Origin: Gammaproteobacteria bacterium
GTDB taxonomy: Bacteria > Pseudomonadota > Gammaproteobacteria > Steroidobacterales > Foliamicaceae
Reading direction: 5' to 3'
Assembly: GCA_965115835.1 (NCBI GenBank)
Contig: OZ220471.1
Location: 71,037 to 135,036 of the forward strand
Length of the DNA: 64,000 nt
Positions 52,701 to 60,900 of the stretch are shown piece after piece (the stretch's first letter is position 1; each line of letters begins with the position of its first letter). The notes beneath the pieces are model-generated. The model was given only the letters and a program-made list of their open reading frames with translations. It was not told where the DNA came from and did no database searches. The translations under genes and the position numbers were made by a program.

Positions 52701-54774
52701 CTACCTGCCCTGGACGGGCATTTGCCTCACCGACACCTTCGCCCTGCACGAAGGCGACGACCAACTGTCGTATTACATGAAGGACAACACCGATCGGCGC
52801 GAACGCCAGAAGGCGACCGATATCCGGGTCATCGTCGGCAATCCGCCTTATTCCGCAGGGCAGAGGAGCGCAAACGACAACGCACAGAACGTGGCCTACA
52901 AGCGGCTGGACCAAAGGATCCGGTCTACCTACGCAGAACGCTCCAGGGCGGCCAATTTGCAGAACCTCTACGACAGCTACATCCGCGCGATCCGCTGGGG
53001 CAGCGACCGGCTCGGGGAGGCCGGGGTGATGGCGTTCGTAACCAATGCTGGATGGCTGGACGGCAATGCAATGGACGGAATGCGAAAGTGCCTCGCTGCC
53101 GAGTTTTCCAGCATTCATGTGTTTCATCTGCGCGGGAACCAACGAACCCAGGGCGAACTCTCGCGAAAAGAAGGCGGGAAGATTTTCGGGGGAGGGTCGA
53201 GAACGCCGGTCGCCATCACCGTCTTCGTCAAGAACCCGAACGCTCTGGAGCAGGGCCGTATCCGGTTCCACGACATCGGCGACTACCTGGACCGCAAGGA
53301 AAAACTGGAGATCGTCAGTCGCTTCGGCAGTATCCGTGGAGTTGGCGAGGCCGACGGATGGACCTCCATCGTTCCGGACGAGCACGGCGATTGGCTGGAT
53401 CAGCGCGATCCGGGCTTCGGGGCGTATCCGAAGATCGGCGACAAGAGGGACAGAACCGGCAACGTTTTGTTTCAGAATTACTCTCTCGGCGTTATCACCA
53501 AACGGGACGCATGGTGCGTCAATTTCTCCCGAAAGGCGTTGACGGCGAACATCGAAGCGACAATTTCGTTCTACAACAGCGAGGTGGCTCGCTGGCAGTT
53601 GACGAACCGGCAAATCGCCGAATCCAGAGAAGAGTACGCCGTCAGAATTGATGATTTTATCGATACCGACTCAACGAAGGTCAGTTGGTCTCCAAATCTC
53701 AAGACTGAATTGCGACGAGGCAGAACGCTGGCTGTGGAGGACGGGCAGTTTCTGCCCAGCATGTATCGTCCTTTCACCAAGCAATGGTTGTTCTACAGCC
53801 GCCGTTTCAATGACCGGGTTCACCAGTTACCCCGCATATTCCCGAACGCCGACCTGCCCAACCGGGTGATCGCCGTAACAGGCAAGGGCGGGAGGTCGGG
53901 ATTCTCCGCCCTGATGATGGACGCATTGCCGAATCTCCACACTATCGACACAGGTCAGTGCTTCCCTCTGTATCTCTACCGGGAAGACGAGCAAGCCGAT
54001 CCAGAAACGCCAAGGCTTTTTGCGGAGCGTGGCAGCGGCCACAGGCGGGTTGAGGCGATTACCGACTGCGCCGTCCGCCCAATCGGCGATCAGGCCCGGC
54101 GCTGTCGGAGCCACAGGCGTGTCGACGCCATTACCGATTACGCGGTCCAACACTTCCGAAATTCCTACCCTTCCGAGGATGTCGGCCGGGAGGACATCTT
54201 CCACTACATCTACGGGCTTTTGCATTCGGAAGACTACCGCGGCCGCTTCCGCGCCAACCTTGCCAAGGAGTTGCCGCGCATCCCCTGCGTGAAGCCGGTC
54301 GAGGACTACCGCGCGTTTCGCGACGCAGGAAGGCGTCTCGGCGAACTTCACGTCGGTTACGAGCAGGTCGAGCCGTATCCGGCCACCATCGACACGGGCG
54401 CAAATTCACCTGCGGACAACCCGCAGGCGCTCTACCGGGTCACGAAGATGAAGCACCCGAAAATCCCCGGCAAAGATGGTAAAAAGGCCAACGACCTGAG
54501 CACCGTCATCTACAACCTGCACCTCACCATCCGCGACATTCCCGAGGCCGCGTGGGAATACGTTGTGAACGGCAAACCTGCGCTTGCATGGGTCATGGAG
54601 CGCCAGTGCGTCAAGACCGACAGGGCGAGCGGAATCGTGAGCGACGCCAACGCTTGGGCAACCGAGACGATCGGGAACCCGCGTTATCCTCTCGACCTGT
54701 TCCTGCGGGTCGTCACCGTCAGCCTGGAGACCATGAAAATCGTTCGGAGCCTGCCCGACCTGACAATCGACTGA
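49771..54774 (+). CDS. Type ISP restriction-modification enzyme (Mrr-like nuclease + SF2 translocase + N6-adenine methyltransferase + target-recognition domain in one 1667-aa polypeptide)
   Basis: ATG 49771 overlaps the vapC stop (ATGA). Nuclease-like motif IGIDLVATR...AAIQCKF. Motor motifs LIMACGTGKT, IVCDEAHRTTG, LYMTATPR, LTEGVDVPALDAILFLHPRNSQIDVVQAVGRVMR. Methyltransferase motifs ILDPFAGTGAF and VIVGNPPYSAGQ. The long C-terminal region is as in LlaGI/LlaBIII-type enzymes. Confidence 0.9.
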   Translation: MSPLDRLLESYRADALSERDKGTAFEKLVAVWLVADPVQAKRFQKAELWSDWARRQQRDRSDIGIDLVATRHDGGLAAIQCKFLDANRSVSKGDIDSFISASAKPMFVERVIVETTDMPWSPNAEKTLREQTVPTTRIGLRALRESVVDWSAFAATGEIARPAPKTLRQDQTEALEAVRTGLAEADRGKLIMACGTGKTLTALRIAEELAGAGGHVLCLMPSLALMAQTVREWCADAELPLTAFAVCSDAQVGRRRKNQNDVAEIEVTDLALPATTDAVALAQAVAASDTGALRVVFATYQSISVIAAGQQSHDLPEFDLIVCDEAHRTTGATFPGEDQSDFVKVHDNEVIRGAKRLYMTATPRIYGENAKSMARDARADLASMDDPDCYGEVLFHHGFAQAVESGILTDYRVIVLAMDEGQVSTATQKRLADENSELKLDDATRIVGCWKALSKTGLAGTGADDSGPMRRALAFCRSIASSKLVRDEFELVVSEFQSSELQSESEGASLNGLSCEVEHVDGTYNARERGRRLDWLKEEAGANVCRILSNARCLTEGVDVPALDAILFLHPRNSQIDVVQAVGRVMRRAPGKRMGYVILPVGVPPGVSADVALGDNQKYRVVWQILNALRAHDERLDAVINQGGLGQDVSDRIAVVDGRGPGASAELKAVTATVEDLPGHSGARGSDIGEGGGSGSGEQGEGQQQRPLLIDEFSRAVMAKIVEKCGTREYWEDWASDVAAIAERHITRIASLVEQPGSDARAFFRDFLKELRDDLNESVTEGDAIEMLAQHLITRPVFDALFEGHSFVDKNPVSAAMTEILSVIDEAQVEREAQQLEGFYASVRRRAAGITDPRARQNLIVELYDKFFRGAFPRTTKMLGIVYTPVEIVDFIIRSANDALQEQFGQPLGSQGVHILDPFAGTGAFVTRLLQSGLIPSEDLERKYREEIHANEIVLLAYYIAAINIESVFHSVAGRNDYLPWTGICLTDTFALHEGDDQLSYYMKDNTDRRERQKATDIRVIVGNPPYSAGQRSANDNAQNVAYKRLDQRIRSTYAERSRAANLQNLYDSYIRAIRWGSDRLGEAGVMAFVTNAGWLDGNAMDGMRKCLAAEFSSIHVFHLRGNQRTQGELSRKEGGKIFGGGSRTPVAITVFVKNPNALEQGRIRFHDIGDYLDRKEKLEIVSRFGSIRGVGEADGWTSIVPDEHGDWLDQRDPGFGAYPKIGDKRDRTGNVLFQNYSLGVITKRDAWCVNFSRKALTANIEATISFYNSEVARWQLTNRQIAESREEYAVRIDDFIDTDSTKVSWSPNLKTELRRGRTLAVEDGQFLPSMYRPFTKQWLFYSRRFNDRVHQLPRIFPNADLPNRVIAVTGKGGRSGFSALMMDALPNLHTIDTGQCFPLYLYREDEQADPETPRLFAERGSGHRRVEAITDCAVRPIGDQARRCRSHRRVDAITDYAVQHFRNSYPSEDVGREDIFHYIYGLLHSEDYRGRFRANLAKELPRIPCVKPVEDYRAFRDAGRRLGELHVGYEQVEPYPATIDTGANSPADNPQALYRVTKMKHPKIPGKDGKKANDLSTVIYNLHLTIRDIPEAAWEYVVNGKPALAWVMERQCVKTDRASGIVSDANAWATETIGNPRYPLDLFLRVVTVSLETMKIVRSLPDLTID

Positions 54775-55038
54775 ACAGCGAAAAAGCCCGCAGACCCGCC
54801 ACGCCCATCGGTAACGACTATCAAGAGTGAGAGAGTCCCCATCAACCAAGACGAGAAAAGCCGTAGCGCGCACTTGCAAGCGCCCGATGCGCGAGCGGCG
54901 CATGCTGCGGCGAACCCATCGTCTCTGGCGGAGCTTTTCCCCCAAATTGATGCTACAGGCGCGGCTATTTCATCGGGAGCCCGGAATTTCGCAATCCGGC
55001 GGGGATCTGCGGGCCGGTGACGCGGCCTGTCCGGCGCG

Positions 55039-56667
55039 ATGAGGATTGCCCTGGCCCAACTCAACCTGCTGGTGGGCGATGTTCCCGGGAATGTCGCCCG
55101 CATTCTCGACGAGATCGCCCGGGCCCGCGCGCAGGATGCGACAATCGTGGCGTTTCCCGAACTCGCCCTGTGCGGCTATCCGCCCGAAGACCTGTTGTTT
55201 CATGCGGGGCTGCGCGAGGATCTGGCGGCCGCGCTCGAGCGAGTGCGCCAGGCCTCTTCGGGCATTGCCGTGGTTCTCGGCTACCCACACCGGGAAGCGG
55301 GGCGCTGGTACAACGCCGCAGCGCTTTTCCACGATCGCCGCGTACTGCTCTTGCACCGCAAGAACGCGCTGCCCAACTATGGCGTCTTCGATGAACGCCG
55401 CTACTTCACGCCGGGCTCGGAGGCCCGCTGCGCCGAACTGGGAGGCATGCGCCTCGGGCTGGCGGTGTGCGAAGACGCATGGGCGCCAGCGGTTCCCGGC
55501 CGCCTTGCGGCAGACGGCGCGCAACTGATTGTCGTGAGCAACGGTTCCCCGTATGAACTGGCCAAGCAGGCGCAGCGCGAAGCACTGCTCGCAAGGCGTG
55601 CGCAGGAAACCGGCTTGCCGTTCGCTTACGTCAATCTGGTGGGTGGCCAGGACGAGCTGGTCTTCGATGGCGGCTCCTGTGTGGTCGATGCTTGCGGCAA
55701 GGTATGCATGCGCGCGGACGCCTTCGAGGAAGGGCTCTACTTTTGCAGCCTGGACACCGGCAGGGGCGCGCCGGCCCGTCCGCGCGCGGGCCGCGTTGCG
55801 CCCTTGCTTGCGGAAGAGGCCGAGGTGTACAGGGCGCTGGTGACCGGGGTGCGGGATTATGTGCGCAAGAGCGGTTTCTCCTGCGTCGTTCTCGGCCTGT
55901 CCGGGGGGATCGATTCCGCCCTGACGCTTGCCCTGGCGGTTGACGCGCTGGGTCCCGAGCGGGTGTTGGCGGTGATGATGCCCTACCGCTACACCTCTTC
56001 GATGAGCCTTGAGGATGCGGAACGCCAGACAAAGAATCTGGGGGTGCGCTACGAGGTGTTGCCGATTACCGGCATGGTGGGAACGATGCGGGAAACGCTG
56101 GCCGACATGTTTGCGGGGCTGCCGGAGGACGTGACCGAGGAAAACATCCAGTCCCGCTGCCGGGGAATGCTCCTGATGGCCATATCCAACAAGCAGGGGC
56201 GCCTGGTGCTGGCCACCGGCAACAAGAGCGAGTATGCGGTGGGCTACGCCACGCTGTATGGCGATATGGCGGGCGGCTTCGCCCCCCTCAAGGATTGCAC
56301 CAAGACCAGGGTGTACCGCCTGGCGCGTTACCGCAATACGCGGTCGGCGGCGATTCCCCGGCGCGTGATCGAACGCTCGCCCACGGCCGAACTGCGGCCG
56401 GGACAACTCGACAGCGATTCGCTGCCGTCCTACGAAGTGCTGGACGAGGTGCTCGACGCGCTGATGATGGAAGACTTGTCCGCGGACAGGATTGCCGAGC
56501 GGGGTTTTGATCCGGCTATTGTGCGGCAGGTGCTCGACCGGGTTCGCCGGAGCGAATACAAGCGCCGTCAGGCGCCGCCCGGCGTACGTGTCACCCGGCG
56601 CGCTTTCGGACGCGACTGGCGTTATCCCATCGTCTCCGGCTACCGGCCTCGCCCGCCATCCGAATAA
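55039..56667 (+). CDS. nadE: glutamine-dependent NAD+ synthetase
   Basis: N-terminal nitrilase/CN-hydrolase domain (MRIALAQLNLLVGDV...VAFPELALCGYPPEDLL...AVCEDAW) and C-terminal NAD synthetase domain (VLGLSGGIDSALT). Confidence 0.9.
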   Translation: MRIALAQLNLLVGDVPGNVARILDEIARARAQDATIVAFPELALCGYPPEDLLFHAGLREDLAAALERVRQASSGIAVVLGYPHREAGRWYNAAALFHDRRVLLLHRKNALPNYGVFDERRYFTPGSEARCAELGGMRLGLAVCEDAWAPAVPGRLAADGAQLIVVSNGSPYELAKQAQREALLARRAQETGLPFAYVNLVGGQDELVFDGGSCVVDACGKVCMRADAFEEGLYFCSLDTGRGAPARPRAGRVAPLLAEEAEVYRALVTGVRDYVRKSGFSCVVLGLSGGIDSALTLALAVDALGPERVLAVMMPYRYTSSMSLEDAERQTKNLGVRYEVLPITGMVGTMRETLADMFAGLPEDVTEENIQSRCRGMLLMAISNKQGRLVLATGNKSEYAVGYATLYGDMAGGFAPLKDCTKTRVYRLARYRNTRSAAIPRRVIERSPTAELRPGQLDSDSLPSYEVLDEVLDALMMEDLSADRIAERGFDPAIVRQVLDRVRRSEYKRRQAPPGVRVTRRAFGRDWRYPIVSGYRPRPPSE

Positions 56668-56703
56668 CCGCGCGGCGCGCTCCCGCCCGCGCCGCGCGCG
56701 GTT
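56666..56703. terminator. GC-rich imperfect hairpin between convergent nadE and maf
   Basis: AACCGCGCG (56666-56674) pairs perfectly with CGCGCGGTT (56695-56703), and further interrupted GC pairs lie inside. There is no clear U-tract on the + strand and only TTATT on the - strand. Confidence 0.35.
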
Positions 56704-56721
56704 GAGGGGAAGATCGGGTTG

Positions 56722-57291
56722 CTATTGCCAATCGGGAGGCAGGACGGATGCAAGCCACAGTAGCGGAAGCCCGATGATGGCCGTGGGGTCGGATGTTTCC
56801 AGGGCCTCCAGCAGCAGGGGCGCCGCGCCCTCCGCACGAAAGGCCGCAGTGCAGTCGTAAGGTTTGTCCCGTTCGAGGTAGTGATCGACCCGCTTGCGGT
56901 CCAGCTCCCGGAACCGCGCCACCGTCAGGTCCGTGTGGGAGAGCGCCCTGCCTTCCGGCGTCAGGACGCATACGGCCGTGTGGAAATCGAGCCGGCTTGC
57001 GGAGAAGGAAAGCAGGGTGGCGCGCGCCAGATCCGCGCACCGCTGCTTGCCCACCGGCCGCCCCTCGAACTCCGCAAGCTGGTCCGCGCCGATAACCCAG
57101 GCGTTGCGGTGGCGGGGCGCGACCTCGCGCGCCTTGGCTTCCGCCAACCGTGCTGCCTGACTCCGCGGACTCTCGCCTTCCAGCGCGCTTTCGTCGATGC
57201 CCGAGGGGTCCGTTGTGAAATCACCGACCAGCCGCGCAAGCAACTTGCGCTTGTAGGGCGATTGCGTGGCCAAAACGAGCTTTGCGAACAT
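56722..57291 (-). CDS. maf: Maf-like nucleoside triphosphate pyrophosphatase (YceF type)
   Basis: LVLATQSPYKRKLLARL..., VIGADQ and KPYDCTAAFRAEG match the Maf family. Its usual divergent neighbour yceD-rpmF-plsX lies 5.6 kb away. Confidence 0.85.
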   Translation of the reverse strand: MFAKLVLATQSPYKRKLLARLVGDFTTDPSGIDESALEGESPRSQAARLAEAKAREVAPRHRNAWVIGADQLAEFEGRPVGKQRCADLARATLLSFSASRLDFHTAVCVLTPEGRALSHTDLTVARFRELDRKRVDHYLERDKPYDCTAAFRAEGAAPLLLEALETSDPTAIIGLPLLWLASVLPPDWQ

Positions 57292-57331
57292 GGGGCGAAC
57301 GGCCTGTGTGCGTGCGGTTTATTCCCGTGCT

Positions 57332-57415
57332 GGCTCGCAGGCGAGCCGTCTGTCGGGCCTGACAGGTTCCCGGGGCGCTTGCAGTACGTGCATCGCCCAG
57401 CCGAAACAGGCGAGA
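57332..57415 (+). repeat. dispersed repeat family, partial copy L (left flank of autotransporter insertion)
   Basis: GGCTCGCAG...TCTGTCGGGCCTGACAGGTTCCCGGG (57332-57374) matches the reverse complement of 62652-62686. The left copy carries an extra 8 nt that create the palindrome GGCTCGC-AG-GCGAGCC. Confidence 0.65.
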
Positions 57416-57443
57416 CGGGCGGCCCGCTTCCCTGCGGGTCATC

Positions 57444-57973
57444 TTACCAGCGGGCGCGAGGCTCAATGTCGAAGCGGCGGTCGGTTGGTTACAGCACACC
57501 TTCGCGCCGCACGGCCCGAACCGCCACACCGAGACCCGGCGCGCCTGCCGCCGGCGCCGGGGCAATGCGCCGACGCCAGCCGGCGCCCGCGCTGACCCGG
57601 CCGATCTCCCGCGGGCGTTTTACCAGCGGGCGCGGAACTCGATGTCGAAGCGGTGGTCGGCCGGTTGCAGCACGCCTTGGCGCCGCACGGCCCGAACCGC
57701 CACACCGAGATCCGGCGCGCCCGCCACTGGCGCCGGGGCAATGCGCCGACACCAGCCGGCGCCCGCGCTGACCCGGCCGATCTCCCGCGAGGCGTTTTAC
57801 CAGCGGGCGCGGAACTCGATGTCGAGGCGGTGGTCGGCCGGTTGCAGCACGCCTTGGCGCCGCACGGCCCGAACCGCCACACCGAGATCCGGCGCGCCCG
57901 CCACTGGCGCCGGGGCAAGACGCCAGCCCACGCCCACTTCGCGCGCGCCGGCCGAAACGCCGTAGCTCAACTG
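57444..57973 (-). repeat. three tandem ~177-bp copies of the autotransporter 3' end (last ~59 codons plus stop)
   Basis: The unit starts (TTACCAGCGGGCGCG..., complement of ...ARW-TAA) are at 57444, 57620 and 57797. Copy 57620-57796 is nearly identical to the genuine gene end. Copy 57444-57619 is more diverged and has an internal CAA-to-TAA change. Confidence 0.9.
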
Positions 57974-60900
57974 CGGCGCGCCAACGAACCGCCCGCGGAA
58001 GGCCGACAGGCCGTAGCCCACTTCCATCGTCCAGCGACCGCCCTGATCGCTGCCCAGGCGCCGCGACAGCGGATCGTGGGCAAACAGGGCGTCCAGACCG
58101 CCGCTGGCCGCAGAGCCGAGGTCCTGGCGCAGCGCCAGGGTCAGGCCCAGGGCCGAGTCCGGCCGGGGATCGTAGGCCAGCGAGGCCGAAAAACCCCGAT
58201 CCCTCATCGCGCCGTCCTCATGGGTCAGCAGCGCCCGCCCCTCAACGTTGAACTCGATGCCCAGGCGCGGATCGCTCCACGCAAGCCCGCCGCCGATCTC
58301 CACCCCAAAGCCGGTTTCCGCAGCGCCGCTGTCACGCCGCGCGCCAATCTCCAGCTTCGGCGTCAAGCCGCCGCCACCGGGCAGCGCAAAGCGCTTGCTG
58401 CCTTCCAGACCCAGCCGCAGCCGGCCGACGCCCGCCGTCGCGCCCACCAGACCGTCCGTGCGGGCCGAGGTGGTGCGCGCCCACAGGGCGTCCGACACCA
58501 GCGACAGCGAACCGCCGTTCGCAAACGAGAACAACTCGCCGCTCGCCCCGGCCGCCGCCATGGTCCAGCCAATCGCCGTCTCCAGGGACTCGGCCGCACC
58601 CGGCGCCAGCGTGATGTCGCCGCTGCCGTGGCCCACCGCGCCCCACAGCGACAGCCGCTCGGAAGGACGCCAGGAAGCATACGGAATCGCTGCTGTCAAC
58701 GCAGCCTCGATCCCACCGTCCGTCGCCGGGGTCTTCGCCGCAACGCCCGCGCCGCGATAGCCGCCGTCGCTGCGGCTTTGTGACAGCGCCACACCCGCCA
58801 GCCAGCGGCCCTTCGCGTAGTCCACGCCCAGCAGCGCCGTGGTCACCTCGCCGTCCAGACCCACTTCGCCCTCGCGACCGTCGAAGCTCGACTGCGCGCC
58901 GCGGCCCCAGAACCCGAGAACGCCGCCGAATGAGTCCTCCCCGCGGGTGTAGGTGAAGCGGCTGCCCGCCAGCAGTCGCCCGAGGCTCCTCTCCGCCGTA
59001 ACGCCGGAAGATCGCACGGGCGGGCGCGAGAGCACCGAACCGCCGCCGAAGCCCGGCCACGCCGAATGCCCCGGGGACGATCCCGCGCCAACGCCGAAAG
59101 TCCCGGAACTCGGAACTCCATCCATCGCGTAGCCATCGCTCAGGTAGCTGCCGATCGAGTGGCCAGCCATGAGGCCAAACCGATCCGCCAGACAGTCACG
59201 CTCCGCTGCCGCGCCGTCGCCAACCGCTTCGGGCGCCGCGCCGTCGCCGGAGCCGCAGCCGTTTGCCGCCAGCCCCAAATCGCCGCCAAGCGCGTAGCCG
59301 CCGAACGCGCCACGGAAGCCCGGCGCGCGGGCAGACTCGCCAGCGCTTCCCATGCGCTCGGATATGCCGTCAAGCGCCTGTTCCGCCACCGAACGACCGA
59401 AACGACCAAGCCATGAACGCGGCATCGGGTCGGAATTGACGATCACGCCGGTCGCCTTGCCGTGCGCAATGACAACGCCTCGGGCATCCGAAAGCAGAAC
59501 CGCAAAGGTCTCCTGGCCCTCGTCGTGCGAATCGTCCAGAGTCTCGATGCGAACCTCCGCACGAACCGCGCCCGACGCAAACCGCGCAACGCCCGAACCT
59601 TGCACAAAGTCCGAACCGGACTCCGCACTGCCGTGATTGCCACCCGACGCCGTGCGCCAAGCCACGCTCACCTCGCCCGCCGCCGGTTCCGACAGCGTGA
59701 CGCCAAACACCAAAGCCTCCCCCTCGCTGGCGGAAGCATCGGCAATGGAGACCTCCGGCGCGCCCAACGGCGTGGCAAACTTCCGCCGGGACTTGACCCC
59801 CGGCCCGGCCGCATTCACCGCCCGCACCCGGAACCGGTATCGCTTGCCGTTGTCCAGCCCCGTGACCGTGTGGCCGGTGGTGGCGACGCCGGAACCCGCT
59901 ATATCGGTCCAGGCGCTCCACCCGCCGCGCCGCACCCACACCTGCCAATGGGTGATCGTGGCGTCCCCCGGATCGCTCCACGAAAGCGCCACCTCGCCGT
60001 CGCCCGCCTCGGCCTCAAATCCCCGCGGCCTGCGGGGCGCCTCGACAGGCGACCCCGGCGCTGCCGCCGAACCCGGCGGGAGGCGGTTCCCTTCCGCCCC
60101 GCCCGGCGACATGGTCTTGTCGTCCTCCGCCACCGTGATCGTGACGCTGTCGATGGTCACCATGTCGTAGCCGCCGCCGCTAGCCGTCAGCGTCAGCGTC
60201 ACATCCGTGTCGTCCTCCATGTCGGCGTCCTCGCGAACGAACACCCGAACCCATTGCGGAACATTCCAGTTCGCCGTGGTGAACGTAAGCCGGCCCCAGT
60301 TGCTGCCGTCGGAACCCTGACCCTGGGTAGTGAAGGTCACGTCGCCCGAATCACCGGACACCGTGATCGTCACGTTCGCACTCGGCGCCGCGTTCAGCAC
60401 CACCAGAAAGCCCGCGCCGCCGCCCTCGGCCGCCGTCAGCGTGGTCGGCACCACCGTCACCCCCTTGGTCGTGCCCGGCGCCGTCGGCGTGCCCGAAGCC
60501 GCATCGTTCAGCGTCCCGTCCGCCGTAACATCGGCGCCCAGCTTGTAGCCGTTGTAGGCGCTGTCGTCCCCCAGGGTGACGGTGTAGGTCTCCGCGCCCT
60601 CCGAGGTCGCGCTGTCGTTGTTCGTCGGGATCGTCACCGTGCCAGTGGTACCGCCGGTGCTGCCAAACTCCGCCATCAGCGTCTGAACCAGACCGCCGGG
60701 AAGGTCGGCCGCGGCAAAGCCGCTGCTGGCCCGGTCGGCAAAGGTCAGCTTCACCGGAATGGCGCCCACCAGAGCGCGGTCCGAGGTGATCGAAAGACTG
60801 ATGTTCGCGCCCTCCGTCACCGCCGCCGGATCCGTCGCCAGCGTCAGCGTGGCCGTGGTGTCCACCACCGTTATGGTGACATCGTCCGCCTCCACATCGG

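Noticed and set aside
49084-53613. 1509-aa ORF antisense to vapBC and the Type ISP gene
   Set aside because: The sense strand carries complete nuclease, helicase and methyltransferase motif sets. The antisense product is low-complexity and crosses three sense genes.
57266-57965. Several 87-151-aa ORFs on both strands with internally repeated sequences, and the possibility of a CRISPR array
   Set aside because: The repeated peptides are out-of-frame translations of the 177-bp tandem units. The units are contiguous copies of the gene's 3' end with no unique spacers, and no cas genes are present, so this is not a CRISPR array.
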